From a bacterium (GTDB lineage: Bacteria; Joyebacterota; Joyebacteria; Joyebacterales; Joyebacteraceae), in assembly GCA_029990205.1 (NCBI GenBank), contig JAPEKQ010000002.1, positions 96,845 through 160,844 on the forward strand: a stretch of 64,000 nucleotides of DNA, read 5' to 3'. A program made the translations under genes and the position numbers. Numbering within the stretch: position 1 is the stretch's first letter; every line of letters starts with the position of its first letter. Positions 1 through 10,262 of the stretch are shown here, piece after piece. Under the pieces are notes generated by a model. That model did not search any database. It had not been told where the DNA came from and saw only the letters and a program-made list of their open reading frames with translations.

Positions 1-810
1 CTTGGCCTCGACGATGAGTCCGAGATGTTCGATGGCGAGGCGGAGTCGCTCGGCGAGCGTGGGTTCGGGCGGCACCTTCCCCGTGGCGATGAGGGCGGCT
101 GCGCGCGAGAAGAGCCACGGGTTCCCGACCGCGCCGCGTCCGATCATCACACCGTCGACTCCGGTCTCCTCGAGCATGCGGAGCGCGTCCTCGGGCGTCT
201 TCACGTCACCGCTCCCGATGACGGGGACCGAGCACGACCGCTTGACCTCCGGCAGGAGGCTCCAGTCGGACACGCCCTTGAACCCCTGCGAGCGCGTCCT
301 CGGATGGACCGTGATCGCGGCAACGCCAAGCTCGCCGAGCATTCCCGCGGCCTCGGGCGCGTTGATCGAGCACTCGTCCCACCCGCTCCGGATCTTGACG
401 GTGACCGGGAGCGTCGTCGACTCGATGACGGCCTGGACGACGTCGCGAAGAAGCTCGAGATCCTTCATGAGCGCGGCGCCCGACGTCGACTTAACGACCT
501 TCTTGACCGGACAGCCCGCGTTGACGTCGATGGCGTCGGGTTTCAGCGCCGCGGCGCGGCGCGTCGCCTCGGCCATCGACTCCGGGCGGCTCCCGAAGAG
601 CTGGAACGCGATCGGCCGCTCCTCCTCGTGGAACGCGAGAAGCTCGAACGTCTTCCAGCTGTTCCGGATGGCGCCCTCGGCGCTGACCATCTCGGTCCAG
701 ACCATGGACGCGCCGTTGCGCCGGCAGAGCCTGCGCATGGCGCTGTCGGTCAACCCGGCCAGGGGCGCGAGGACGAGCGGAGGATCGACGGAGATGTCTC
801 GAATCAGCAT
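1..810 (-). CDS. dusB: tRNA-dihydrouridine synthase (DusB-like), C-terminus runs off the window
   Basis: Reverse-strand translation from the ATG at 808-810 reads MLIRDISVDPPLVLAPLAGLTDSAMRRLCRRNG...DVNAGCPVKKV...VKIRSGWD...HPRTRSQGF, the TIM-barrel Dus signature with the catalytic Cys in NAGCP. No stop is reached before position 1. The six-frame track only shows spurious plus-strand ORFs here. Confidence 0.8.
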   Translation of the reverse strand, partial: MLIRDISVDPPLVLAPLAGLTDSAMRRLCRRNGASMVWTEMVSAEGAIRNSWKTFELLAFHEEERPIAFQLFGSRPESMAEATRRAAALKPDAIDVNAGCPVKKVVKSTSGAALMKDLELLRDVVQAVIESTTLPVTVKIRSGWDECSINAPEAAGMLGELGVAAITVHPRTRSQGFKGVSDWSLLPEVKRSCSVPVIGSGDVKTPEDALRMLEETGVDGVMIGRGAVGNPWLFSRAAALIATGKVPPEPTLAERLRLAIEHLGLIVEAK

Positions 811-956
811 AAGTGGAGTATGGCGGGTCGTTTCGCGGCAGTCAAGAGAGCGGGGCGGAAGCCTCCGGCCTCCGCCCCGAATATCGTTCATTCCGCCACT
901 TCTGCGCCCTGGTGCTGACCGGGCGGTGGTTCGTCGATCTACTGCTCGCCGAGCGG

Positions 957-2567
957 CTACTCGTCGACCTGCTCGCCCTCGGCCGCAACGTAGTCCTCGG
1001 CCAGCGTGAAGAGATCGTCCAGGTCGGTCGCCTGCATGGTCAGGGCGACGGTCCGGCTGAGCTGCGTGTCACCGGCGATGGCGACCTCGTAGGCGCGCTC
1101 GCGACCCCAGAGCTTCCGCGCCAGGTCCCGTCGCATCGAGAGCTCGATCTCGTCGCGAACCCCCGAGAGCTCGTCGCGCGTGAATTCGAACTCATCCTCC
1201 TCGAGAAACGTGAGGAACTCATCCCACATCTCATCGGTGACCTCGATGTCCGGCCCGGCGATCTCGTGGTCGCTCAGGTACTGGATGGCGAACTCGAAGA
1301 ACTCCTCCCGACGTTCGAGGTCGACCGTGACATCGGACCGGCGACCGCCCTCGATGGTGACATCGGGGTTCACGCCGCCGCCGCCATAGACGATCCGGCC
1401 GCCGGCCGTGCGGAACTCCGGCTTGGCCTCTTCGACCTCCACGTCCTCACCGTCGGTCCCCTCGGCATCAGCGAGCTCTTCGGTCTCCCAGCGTTCGGGC
1501 TTCTCGATCAGACGGCCGCTCGACGTATACCACTTCGCGGTCGTCAGCTTGACCGCGCACTCCTTCGTGAGCGGTCTCAGCCGCATCAGCGTCTGCACCG
1601 AGCCCTTGCCGAAACTCGTCGTCCCGGCAACGATGCCGCGGTCCCAGTCCTGGATGGCTCCCGCGAGGATCTCGGACGCGCTGGCGCTGCCGCCGTTGAC
1701 AAGCACCACGATCGGGAAGTCGCGCGAGTATCTGGCCGGCGTGCTCGCGTAGAACCCCTTGTTCTGCTCCTTGACCCGGCCGCGCGTGCTCACCACGAGC
1801 TCACCGGTGTCGAGGAACACGTTGCTGACATCGACCGCCTCGGACAGAAGACCGCCGGGATTGCTCCTCAGGTCGACGACGAGACCGCGCATGCCCTGCG
1901 CGTCGAGCTCATCGAGCTGGTCCTCGAGCTCCGTGGCCGTCGTCCGCGAGAACCGGGAGATCCTGACGTAGCCGATATCGTCGTCCATGAGGAATGCGTA
2001 CGGGACGCTGTCGATGCGGATGATGTCGCGGGTGACCGTGTACTCGAGGTTCTCATCAAGACCCTCGCGGTAGATGGTGATGTTGACCTTCGTGCCGGGC
2101 TCGCCCCGCAGCTTCAGGATGGCCTGGTCGGTCGTGATGCCGCGCGTCGTCTCGCCCTCAATGGCGATGATGCGGTCACCGGACTGGATGCCGAGATCGT
2201 ACGCCGGCGTTCCCTCGATGGGACTGACAACCGTCAGGACACCGTCGCGCGCCGTGATCTGGATCCCCAGCCCGCCGAACTCACCCTCGGTCTGCACCTG
2301 GAAATCGGTGAACGACTCCTCGTCGAGGAACACCGAGTAGGGGTCGAGACTGCTGAGCATGCCCCGGATGGCCCCGTACATCAGTTCCTTCGCGTCCGGC
2401 TCCTCGACGTAGACGTGCTCGACCTTCGCGAGCGCGTCATTGAAGAGATCGAGATAGGTGTAGAGGTCGTTCCGCGCGCTGACGCGTTCAACGACGAATC
2501 CGCCGAGCAGCGCGCCGACGACCAGCGCCGTGACAATGGGTGTGAGCCTTCTGAATCGTCTGGTCAT
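957..2567 (-). CDS. ctpA: Carboxyl-terminal processing protease, S41 family, with N-terminal membrane anchor and PDZ domain
   Basis: 536 aa. It has an N-terminal TM helix, a PDZ region (GLGIQI...GDRIIAIEG) and the S41 catalytic region (LVVDLRSNPGG...GGSASASEILAGAIQD...FGKGSVQT). An SD GAGGAAGG sits 5 nt upstream of the ATG. Confidence 0.85.
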   Translation of the reverse strand: MTRRFRRLTPIVTALVVGALLGGFVVERVSARNDLYTYLDLFNDALAKVEHVYVEEPDAKELMYGAIRGMLSSLDPYSVFLDEESFTDFQVQTEGEFGGLGIQITARDGVLTVVSPIEGTPAYDLGIQSGDRIIAIEGETTRGITTDQAILKLRGEPGTKVNITIYREGLDENLEYTVTRDIIRIDSVPYAFLMDDDIGYVRISRFSRTTATELEDQLDELDAQGMRGLVVDLRSNPGGLLSEAVDVSNVFLDTGELVVSTRGRVKEQNKGFYASTPARYSRDFPIVVLVNGGSASASEILAGAIQDWDRGIVAGTTSFGKGSVQTLMRLRPLTKECAVKLTTAKWYTSSGRLIEKPERWETEELADAEGTDGEDVEVEEAKPEFRTAGGRIVYGGGGVNPDVTIEGGRRSDVTVDLERREEFFEFAIQYLSDHEIAGPDIEVTDEMWDEFLTFLEEDEFEFTRDELSGVRDEIELSMRRDLARKLWGRERAYEVAIAGDTQLSRTVALTMQATDLDDLFTLAEDYVAAEGEQVDE

Positions 2568-2578
2568 GGGTGCCTTCC

Positions 2579-3232
2579 TCAGTTGTCGTCGCCGGAGGAC
2601 GTCAGTCGCTCCTCGAGGATCACCGGGATCTTCCTGGCGATCGTCTCGACGTCCTCGCCGGCGTCGATGACCACGAACCGCTCGGGCTCGCGCTCCGCTT
2701 CGGCGAGGTATGCTTCGCGGACCCTCTGATGGAACTCGATGGTCTCGCGTTCTATGCGGTCGCGCGTCCCTCCGCTTGCTCTTCCGTCGAGACGCGTGAG
2801 ACCCTCCTCGGGATCCAGGTCCATCAGGAAGGTCACATCTGGTTTGACGCTCCTGGTGGCCACTTGGTTCAACGAGCGGACGAGATCGGCCCCAAGGCGC
2901 CTGCCGCCACCCTGATATGCCACGCTCGCGTCGGCATAGCGGTCCGATATCACAACCGAGCCGCGCTCAATCGCCGGCACGATGACCTCGGCCGTGTGTT
3001 CGGCTCGCGACGCGAGATAGAGGAAGAGCTCGGTCTCGGCGACCATCGAACCGCCGACATCGAGCAGCGCGTCGCGGAGACGCTCCCCGAGCAGTGTCCC
3101 GCCCGGCTCACGGGTCAGAACGACCTCGTACCCTCGCTCTCGAAGCCACGTCACGAGGCGTTCAGCCTGCGTCGACTTCCCGCAGCCTTCAACACCCTCG
3201 AACGTGATGAAGAGTCCCCGGTTCGAGCTCAC
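2579..3232 (-). CDS. tmk: Thymidylate kinase
   Basis: Contains FITFEGVEGCGKSTQ (P-loop), DRY and the lid region. The ORF track begins at 3271, but GAGGAGG-N5-GTG at 3232 gives the typical N-terminus (M)SSNRGLFITFEG, so the GTG start is preferred. The stop is TGA, showing that TGA is a normal stop here. Confidence 0.8.
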   Translation of the reverse strand: MSSNRGLFITFEGVEGCGKSTQAERLVTWLRERGYEVVLTREPGGTLLGERLRDALLDVGGSMVAETELFLYLASRAEHTAEVIVPAIERGSVVISDRYADASVAYQGGGRRLGADLVRSLNQVATRSVKPDVTFLMDLDPEEGLTRLDGRASGGTRDRIERETIEFHQRVREAYLAEAEREPERFVVIDAGEDVETIARKIPVILEERLTSSGDDN

Positions 3233-3340
3233 TCGTTCCTCCTCGGGTGAAGCAACGCAGGCCGGGGTCACCCCCGGCCCGCGGTCGGTTCATGGTCTCT
3301 GCGCCGAGATGCGCGCCTGCAACAGCTCAGTCCGGCGCGC

Positions 3341-4444
3341 CTACTTCTTCGGCTTCGCGGGCTTCTGCGCGTGCTTCCGGATGTACGTCTCGGTCTTCTC
3401 CCGCGCCTCGTAATCCGTGTACTGGTTGGGCGGCGACTTGAAGAAGTACGAGGACGGCGCGTCGACCGCTCCGGAGAGCCCGTGGTCGAGCGCGAGCTTG
3501 CAGCAGCGCACGGCGTCGATCATCACGCCGGCCGAGTTCGGCGAGTCCCAGACCTCGAGCTTGAGCTCGGCGTTCAGCGGCACGTCGCCGAACGTACGAC
3601 CTTCCATCCGGACGTACGCCCACTTGCGGTCCGTCAGCCATGCGACGTAGTCCGACGGTCCGATGTGGACGTTGTCGGCGCCGATGTCGTAGTCGAGCTG
3701 CGAGGTGACGGCGTTGGTCTTCGAGATCTTCTTCGACTCGAGCCTCGAACGCTCGAGCATGTTGAGGAAGTCCGTGTTGCCTCCGACGTTGAGCTGGCTG
3801 GTCCGCTCGAGCCTGACACCGCGCTCGCGGAAGAGCGTCGTGAGAACGCGGTGAACGATGGTCGCGCCGACCTGCGACTTGATGTCGTCACCCATCACCG
3901 GCAGCCCCTTCTTCTCAAACCGCTGCTGCCAGTAGCGCTCACGCGCGATGAAGACGGGGATGCCGTTGACGAACCCGCAGCCCGCCTCGAGGATCTGCTC
4001 GACGTACCACTTGGTCGCCTCTTCGCTGCCCACCGGCAGGAAGCTCAGAACGACGTCGGTCTTCGTCTCCTTGAGGAGCCCGACGATGTCGTCCGTCGGC
4101 CCGGGCGCCTTCTCAATGACCTCGCTGAGGTACTTGCCCAGCCCGTCGTGCGTCATGCCGCGCGCCACCTTGACCCCGAGCTTCGGAACATCGGAGAACT
4201 TGTAGGTGTTGTTCGGCTTCGTGAAGATGGCCTCGGAGATGTCCTTCCCCACCTTGTTCTTGTCGATGTCGATCGCGGCGGAGATCTCCACGTCGCTGAT
4301 GTGGTAGCCACCGAGATTGACGTGCATCAGACCCGGCACGAACTCGTCGTCCGACGCGTTCTTGTAGAACTCGAGGCCCTGCACGAGCGACGAGCAGCAG
4401 TTGCCGATGCCGATGATAGCTACTCTGACCTTCTTCTTCCCCAT
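3341..4444 (-). CDS. ino1: myo-Inositol-1-phosphate synthase (inositol-3-phosphate synthase, bacterial/archaeal short type)
   Basis: 367 aa starting [23 protein letters not shown] (NAD-binding Rossmann fold), with ...[11 protein letters not shown]...NGIPVFIA...[12 protein letters not shown]... It is collinear with the MIPS family. Confidence 0.8.
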   Translation of the reverse strand: MGKKKVRVAIIGIGNCCSSLVQGLEFYKNASDDEFVPGLMHVNLGGYHISDVEISAAIDIDKNKVGKDISEAIFTKPNNTYKFSDVPKLGVKVARGMTHDGLGKYLSEVIEKAPGPTDDIVGLLKETKTDVVLSFLPVGSEEATKWYVEQILEAGCGFVNGIPVFIARERYWQQRFEKKGLPVMGDDIKSQVGATIVHRVLTTLFRERGVRLERTSQLNVGGNTDFLNMLERSRLESKKISKTNAVTSQLDYDIGADNVHIGPSDYVAWLTDRKWAYVRMEGRTFGDVPLNAELKLEVWDSPNSAGVMIDAVRCCKLALDHGLSGAVDAPSSYFFKSPPNQYTDYEAREKTETYIRKHAQKPAKPKK

Positions 4445-4450
4445 CGAAGG

Positions 4451-5074
4451 TTACCCCCGGAAGTTGTCCCGCGGAGGATTGCCGTGCGACAGTGTGCGCA
4501 CGACGTGATGAATCCTCTGCGCGGCTGTGATGTGAGACAGTATCGCCAGAATCCAGAGCACGATCCTGAACACCGCCGGGCCAAGAAGCGTTCCGATGAT
4601 GATCAGGATGAGCCGTTCGGGGCGCTCGGCGATGCCGACCTGGCATTCGACTCCGATGGCCTCCGCGCGGGCTCGCGTGTAGCTCACGAGGAGCGAGCCG
4701 CCAAGAGCGATGAAGATGACCGCCGCGGTCACCGGCTCCGGCACGACACCGGGACCGGCAAGGTAATACACGAGCGCTCCGAGAAGCACGGCGAGTTCCG
4801 AGTACCGGTCGAGCGTCGAGTCGAGGAACGCGCCGGTGCGCGTCCCGCCCTCGCCCGCCCGGGCCACGGCCCCGTCGGTCATGTCGCAGAGCCCGCCAAG
4901 GAGCACCAGAACCCCCGCCGCGAAGAAGTGTCCTCGCGCCAGCGCGACGCCGGCGATCATCGAGATGCCAAGACCGACGACCGTGATGGCCGTCGGCGAT
5001 ATCCCGAGGTCCGCCGCGAACCGCGCGACAGGATCCAGAAGCTCCCGAGCCTTCGTCTTCAGACCAACCGTCAT
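4451..5074 (-). CDS. CDP-alcohol phosphatidyltransferase (likely phosphatidylinositol-phosphate synthase)
   Basis: Has the CDP-OH_P_transf motif D-x2-DG-x2-AR-x8-G-x3-D-x3-D (CDMTDGAVARAGEGGTRTGAFLDSTLDRYSE) and multiple TM helices. It lies immediately upstream of, and co-oriented with, the MIPS gene. The start at 5074 (MTVGLKT, SD GAAGGA) is preferred over the track start at 5110. Confidence 0.75.
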   Translation of the reverse strand: MTVGLKTKARELLDPVARFAADLGISPTAITVVGLGISMIAGVALARGHFFAAGVLVLLGGLCDMTDGAVARAGEGGTRTGAFLDSTLDRYSELAVLLGALVYYLAGPGVVPEPVTAAVIFIALGGSLLVSYTRARAEAIGVECQVGIAERPERLILIIIGTLLGPAVFRIVLWILAILSHITAAQRIHHVVRTLSHGNPPRDNFRG

Positions 5075-5221
5075 GGTTCCTTCACCGTTCCCGCGGTCAC
5101 GATGCTGCATCCTCCCCGCGAAACAGGGCAGTTTAGCACCGGGCGCTCGGTGGTGTCAATGGCTCGGAGCGCGGTCGTCCGGGTGTCGGCCGGGGATTCC
5201 CGGTCCCGGCGGCGGAGGGTC

Positions 5222-7063
5222 TCATCGCCCCCGAACTCTCCTGCGGTTGGCAAGAAGCACGGTGTCGCGCAGCGCCTGTTCGCTCGTCGCCGCCATCCAG
5301 CGCTCGCTGAAGTCGGCGCCGCTGACGACCTGCGCGATTGCCGAGAGCGCCCACAGGTGAAGACTCCGCTCGTCCCCCGAACCGACCAGGACGAACGCGA
5401 TGTGAACGGGAGACGACTCCTCGGACAACGTGATGCCTTCACGGGATCGAGCCAGAAGGATGCCGAAGGCCCTCTCGCCGTCGATGACCACGTGCGGAAT
5501 GGCCAGTCCCGGAGCCAGCACCGTGGTGCTCTCCCGCTCCCTCGCGCGGAGCGCGTCCGCCAGAGCCGACGCGCTCACTCCCACCTGCGGCGCCAGCGCG
5601 CTGGAAACGGTGTCGAAGAACTCCTCTGATGACATCGTGCCCTCGATATCGAGGACGAGGCAGTCCTCGATGAGCCGGTCGAAACGATCCCGGACGATCC
5701 CGTCCCGCTCACGGATAATGTCCTTGAGTTCCGCATCGAGCGATCCGGTCACGAGTTCTTTGGCCGCGATCCTGTGGATCACGTGGAGCAGGGCGGACTC
5801 CTTGCCCGGTACTGACCTTCCGTAGAACCAGTACACGCAGAACCCGGCGAAGACCAGCGCGGCGACCGTGGCGAACGACCCCTCGCCCATCTCCAGCATG
5901 ACGAACAGGATACCCACCAGTCCGATCACCTGCACCCACGGGTAGCCGGGGGCGCGGAACTTCGGGCGGTAGTTATGGAGACCGCTCTCCCTCAGAACGA
6001 TGACGGCCGCGTTCGCGAGAACATACGTCATCAGGAACACGACCGAGGCGGCCTGAACCAGGGCGTCCAGCCTCACGAGGAGCGCTGCGGCCACGAGTCC
6101 TCCGGTGACCAGAAGCGAAACGTGCGGGGTCTGGAATCTCGCACCGACCCGTCCGAGCGGCTGCGGCACCAGCCCGTCGCGCCCGAGGGCGAGCAGGTAC
6201 CTGGAGGCCGCCATGATCCCCCCGTTCGCCGTGGTCAGGAAGGCGAGGAGCGCGGCGATACTGAGCGCCATCCTCCCCCCGGCCCCCATGAACGCCGCCG
6301 CCCCGTCGGAGATCGGCGTGAGTGATCCGTCGAGCAGCTCAGAACTCAACACCCCGCTGGTGATGAGCACGATGAGAACGTAGGCGACGCCTGTCACCGC
6401 GAGCGACGCGATCATGGCGCGCGGGATGACGCGCCCCGGGTCCTCAACCTCCTCCGCGATGCTCGCGACCTTGAGAAGCCCTCCGTACGATACGAACACG
6501 AAGCCGGACGTCGCGAGGACGGCCCGGAGCCCTCCCGGCGCGAACGGCCGCAGATTCGCCATCTCGATCGCCGGAAGCCCTCGGAAGACATAGGCCGCCA
6601 TCAGCGCGAGCAGCGCACAGACGAGGACGACCTGGAGCCTCGCGGCCTCTCTGGCGCCGAGCAGGTTCATCCCGACGAAGAACACACAGAACGCCCCACC
6701 GACGAGGCGCGGATCGATCGGAACGACGAGTTGGGCGAATGCGGCCAGGCCGACGAGCGCGAACGCGCTCTTGAGGGAGAGAGAGAACCAGGTCAGCAGT
6801 CCGGCGATGGTCCCGGCGGCCGCCCCCATGCTTCGCGACACGAAGAAGTAGTCGGCTCCGGCCTTCGGCATGGCGGTCGTGAGCTCGGCCATGCTGAGAA
6901 GACCGGTCGCGGCAAGGAGCCCGGCGAGAAGGTAGGATACGATGACGGCGGGACCCGCTCGTGCGTGCGCCAGGCCGGGCAGCACGAACACACCCGAGCT
7001 GATCATGGCTCCCGTCGCTATGCTGAAGACGTGGACGAAGCGGAGGTTCTTCTTGAGTCTCAT
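5222..7063 (-). CDS. APC-family amino-acid/polyamine permease with C-terminal PTS EIIA type-2 (EIIA-Ntr/PtsN-like) domain
   Basis: The N-terminal ~440 aa form a 12-TM APC permease (MRLKKNLRFVHVFSIATGAMISSGVFVLPG...). The C-terminal ~150 aa match PTS_EIIA_2, with the phosphorylatable His in LAPGLAIPHVVIDGERAFGILLARSREGI...PVHIAFVLVGS. The start at 7063 has SD GGGAGGAG; the ORF track begins 75 nt upstream in a low-complexity region. Confidence 0.75.
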   Translation of the reverse strand: MRLKKNLRFVHVFSIATGAMISSGVFVLPGLAHARAGPAVIVSYLLAGLLAATGLLSMAELTTAMPKAGADYFFVSRSMGAAAGTIAGLLTWFSLSLKSAFALVGLAAFAQLVVPIDPRLVGGAFCVFFVGMNLLGAREAARLQVVLVCALLALMAAYVFRGLPAIEMANLRPFAPGGLRAVLATSGFVFVSYGGLLKVASIAEEVEDPGRVIPRAMIASLAVTGVAYVLIVLITSGVLSSELLDGSLTPISDGAAAFMGAGGRMALSIAALLAFLTTANGGIMAASRYLLALGRDGLVPQPLGRVGARFQTPHVSLLVTGGLVAAALLVRLDALVQAASVVFLMTYVLANAAVIVLRESGLHNYRPKFRAPGYPWVQVIGLVGILFVMLEMGEGSFATVAALVFAGFCVYWFYGRSVPGKESALLHVIHRIAAKELVTGSLDAELKDIIRERDGIVRDRFDRLIEDCLVLDIEGTMSSEEFFDTVSSALAPQVGVSASALADALRARERESTTVLAPGLAIPHVVIDGERAFGILLARSREGITLSEESSPVHIAFVLVGSGDERSLHLWALSAIAQVVSGADFSERWMAATSEQALRDTVLLANRRRVRGR

Positions 7064-7103
7064 GGCTCCTCCCGCGTTCCTCCAGACATCAGGCCGCTCT
7101 CGC

Positions 7104-7799
7104 TCAGGACGCGCCCGCGACCAGAACGACGATCTCACCCTTCGGCTTGCTCTCGGCGTACCGGGCGGCCAGTTCGGACAGCGACCCGCGGACGAACTCC
7201 TCGTGGACCTTGGTCAGCTCCCTCGCCACGACGGCCTGCCGGTCTCCGAGGACGTCGGCCATGGCGGCCAGCGTCTTCGCGAGCCTGTGGGGCGACTCGT
7301 AGAAGACAAGCGTGCACTCGAGGGTCGAGAGCTCCGTGAGACGCGTTCGCCTCGCTCCGTCCTTCCGGGACAGGAAACCGGCGAAGTGGAACGGCTGAGG
7401 CGGCAGCCCGGCGGCGGAGAGCGCCGCCGTCACGGCGGACGGTCCCGGGACGGGCACGACGCGGATGCCCTCGCGCACGGCGAGCTCGACAAGCCGATAC
7501 CCCGGGTCGGAGACCAGCGGCGTCCCGGCGTCGGAGACCAGCGCGATCGTGTCCCCGGCGAGGAGACGTTCGACGAGCCGCGAGGCCGCACGCTCCTCGT
7601 TGTGCTCGTGGTACGCGATGAGTGGTCGCCTGATGTCGTAGCGCTTCACGAGGGTGCGCGTGCGCCGCGTGTCCTCCGACGCGATGGCGTCAACGGCCTT
7701 CAGCGTCTCGATCGCGCGGAACGTCACGTCATCGAGATTCCCGAGCGGCGTCGCGATGACGTAGAGCGTCCCCGGCTCATGTCCGCCGGTCTCGCTCAT
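7104..7799 (-). CDS. rsmI: 16S rRNA (cytidine1402-2'-O)-methyltransferase
   Basis: GTLYVIATPLGNLDDVTFRAIETLKAVDAIASEDTRRT...GTPLVSDPG... is a tetrapyrrole-methylase-fold RsmI. The start MSETGGHEPG at 7799 lies 1 nt after the recJ stop. Confidence 0.8.
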   Translation of the reverse strand: MSETGGHEPGTLYVIATPLGNLDDVTFRAIETLKAVDAIASEDTRRTRTLVKRYDIRRPLIAYHEHNEERAASRLVERLLAGDTIALVSDAGTPLVSDPGYRLVELAVREGIRVVPVPGPSAVTAALSAAGLPPQPFHFAGFLSRKDGARRTRLTELSTLECTLVFYESPHRLAKTLAAMADVLGDRQAVVARELTKVHEEFVRGSLSELAARYAESKPKGEIVVLVAGAS

Positions 7800-7800
7800 C

Positions 7801-9498
7801 TCATGCCTCCCCCGGAGCGGCGTCTGCAGCATGTCCGGCGCCGGTCGGCGCACGGTCGACCTCGCTCGCGAAGAGGACGTCGTCCGCGACGCTCAGGCGG
7901 TAGAACAGGTCCACTGGACCATCGGCGACACGCATCGGTGTCCGGAACCTCAGGCCGTTCTGCTCGGCCGCGGCCACGGTCTCGCGGGTCACGCCCCTCG
8001 AGAGCAGCACGGGACGACCCCACCCCTGACCGAACGGCGCGAACGCGGCCAGCTCGGCGGCCGTCTTCACGTTCGCGTCGGTCAACGCGAGCTCGGCATC
8101 GACGCCGCGGGGAACCGGGACCGGCGGGTGCTCGGTCGCGTGCGCCACCATACGGGCGCGGAACTCGTCCAGACGGTCGCTCTCGATCGAGAACCCGGCC
8201 GCGCGGGGATGCCCTCCGTAGCCGAGGAACAGCTCCCCCATCGACTGGAACGCCACGACGAAGTTGTACCCGGCGGGGCCGCGAGCCTCCGCGTGCGCCT
8301 CGCCGTTCTTCTTCATGATGAGAAGACACGGCTTGCCGGTCTTCTCCGCGAGTCTCGAGGTCGCGCTCCCCATCACCTCGATGGGAACTCCGGCCTCGAC
8401 GATCAGCACGGGGCTGTCGGCGGGAAGCTCGCTCGCCGCCCGCTCGACGATCTTCCACGCGCGGTTCGCCGTGCTCCGCCACTCCTGCCGCGCTCCGGCC
8501 AGCTCGCGCGCGATCGAGGCGGCCTCCTCGGGATCCTCCGCCGCGAGCATCTCGTAGGCGCGGTTGGTTCCCATCCCGTCGGAGACCCGTCCGAAGATCG
8601 AGCCCATGTTCTCCTGGACGTCGTCGTAGCTGACCGCGCGCCCGGCGAGATTCGACGCCTCGAGCAGCGCCCTCAGCCCCGGACGCACCGTGTCAGGGAG
8701 TACGCGGAGCCCTTCGACAATGAGAATCCGGTTGACGCCGGTCACCGGCACCCGGTCCGCGATGGAACCGATGGCCGCGAGCGCAAGCGCCTCGTCCGCC
8801 CAGCGCTCTCCGCCCCACGGCGGAGCGGCAGCGGCCCGGAGATCGGCCAGTTCCTCGAGCAGGTGTCCCGCCAGAAGCCACGCGAGACCGGCGCCGGCCA
8901 GATACCGGTACGGGTACTTCGAGTCCGGAAGCTTCGCGTTGATGATGGCGACCGCCGCCGGGAGTCGGGGCGGTATCTCATGATGGTCGGTGACGATGAC
9001 GTCCATGCCGAGCGACGCCGCGTGCGCGATGTTGTCGACCTCGCTCACGCAGGAATCGACCGTGATGAGGAGCGTCGTCCCCGACGCCGCCAGCCCGTCG
9101 AGCTCCACGGTGTTCAGACCGTGTCCCTCGGTCCGCCGGTCGGGTATGTAGACGCCGACCTCTCCACCAAGCTCCCTGAGCGCATCGACCATCGCGATCG
9201 CGGCCGTCACACCGTCGGCGTCGTCGTGCCCGTGGACGGTCATGCGTTCGCCGCCCTCGAGCGCCCGCCTGACCCGAGCGACCATCCTGTCCACGTCCGG
9301 GAGCAACCGGACGTCCGGCAGGTCGCGGAGGTCCGGGTCGAGAAGCTCCCGCGCCTCGTCGGCCGAGCCGACACCCCGGCGCGCGAGGGCCTCCGCGGTG
9401 GCCTCAGTGAGGTCGGCCGACCTCTGGATCCCATTGACGAGATCAGGGTCGGCCGGCTCAATGCTCCATCGGTAGCGAGCACCATCAATGAGCATCAA
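7801..9498 (-). CDS. recJ: Single-stranded-DNA-specific exonuclease RecJ
   Basis: 565 aa with DHH motifs ([16 protein letters not shown]..., ITVDSC, IVTDHH) and DHHA1 ([10 protein letters not shown]). Confidence 0.85.
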   Translation of the reverse strand: MMLIDGARYRWSIEPADPDLVNGIQRSADLTEATAEALARRGVGSADEARELLDPDLRDLPDVRLLPDVDRMVARVRRALEGGERMTVHGHDDADGVTAAIAMVDALRELGGEVGVYIPDRRTEGHGLNTVELDGLAASGTTLLITVDSCVSEVDNIAHAASLGMDVIVTDHHEIPPRLPAAVAIINAKLPDSKYPYRYLAGAGLAWLLAGHLLEELADLRAAAAPPWGGERWADEALALAAIGSIADRVPVTGVNRILIVEGLRVLPDTVRPGLRALLEASNLAGRAVSYDDVQENMGSIFGRVSDGMGTNRAYEMLAAEDPEEAASIARELAGARQEWRSTANRAWKIVERAASELPADSPVLIVEAGVPIEVMGSATSRLAEKTGKPCLLIMKKNGEAHAEARGPAGYNFVVAFQSMGELFLGYGGHPRAAGFSIESDRLDEFRARMVAHATEHPPVPVPRGVDAELALTDANVKTAAELAAFAPFGQGWGRPVLLSRGVTRETVAAAEQNGLRFRTPMRVADGPVDLFYRLSVADDVLFASEVDRAPTGAGHAADAAPGEA

Positions 9499-10247
9499 GA
9501 GCCCTTTCCGAACATGTCAATGAGCCCCTTCATGAGATCGATCGGGACCGGGAAGATGATCGTCGAGTTCTTCTCGACCGAGATCTCCGTCAGTGTCTGG
9601 AGATACCTCAGCTGGAGCGATGCGGGCTCGCTGGCGAGCACCCTGGCCGCTCCGGAGAGCTTCTCCGAGGCCTGCATCTCGCCCTCGGCGTGGATGATCT
9701 TGGCGCGACGCTCACGCTCGGCCTCGGCCTGACGCGCGATCGCACGCTGCATCGTGTCCGGAAGGTCGACGTGCTTGACCTCGACCGCCGAGACCTTGAT
9801 GCCCCAGCTGTCGGTCTGCTTGTCGAGGATGGACTGGAGCTCCTGGTTGATCTTCTCACGCGCAGAGAGCAGCTCATCGAGCTCCGCGCCACCGATGACG
9901 CTCCGCAGTGTCGTCTGCGCGAGCTGTGACGTGGCGTAGTGGTAGTCCTGAACCTCGACGATGGCCTTGTTGGGGTCGAACACGCGGTAGTAGACGACCG
10001 CGTTGACCTTCACCGAGACGTTGTCCTTCGTCACGACGTCCTGCGATGGTACGTCCATCGCGATGATCCGCAGGCTCACGCGCATCAGCCGGTCGATGAA
10101 CGGGATGATGAGGATGAGACCCGGACCGCGTGAGTCGACCAGACGGCCGAGGCGGAAGACCACACCGCGCTCGTATTCCTTGAGGATGTAGACCGCTTTC
10201 GCGACGAGCACGAGAGCGACCAGGATGATCACTATGACTCCGCTCAT
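9495..10247 (-). CDS. SPFH/band-7 (stomatin-like) membrane protein
   Basis: N-terminal TM helix followed by an SPFH domain ([23 protein letters not shown]...[17 protein letters not shown]...). It overlaps the recJ start by 4 nt (ATGA). Confidence 0.8.
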   Translation of the reverse strand: MSGVIVIILVALVLVAKAVYILKEYERGVVFRLGRLVDSRGPGLILIIPFIDRLMRVSLRIIAMDVPSQDVVTKDNVSVKVNAVVYYRVFDPNKAIVEVQDYHYATSQLAQTTLRSVIGGAELDELLSAREKINQELQSILDKQTDSWGIKVSAVEVKHVDLPDTMQRAIARQAEAERERRAKIIHAEGEMQASEKLSGAARVLASEPASLQLRYLQTLTEISVEKNSTIIFPVPIDLMKGLIDMFGKGS

Positions 10248-10262
10248 GGTGAAGCCTCCCTG

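Noticed and set aside
2-1009. Plus-strand ORFs 2-1009 and 25-918 (335 and 297 aa) at the left edge
   Set aside because: Both are low-complexity Arg/Ser/Ala-rich translations. The opposite strand encodes a clean DusB homolog (NAGCP catalytic motif) whose stop lies outside the window, so the tracker missed it.
813-2729. 638-aa plus-strand ORF overlapping ctpA
   Set aside because: It is antisense to a well-supported S41 protease and has no motifs, only GC-frame read-through.
3371-5629. 752-aa plus-strand ORF across ino1, the transferase and the permease
   Set aside because: It is Arg/Asp/Glu-rich junk antisense to three domain-bearing genes.
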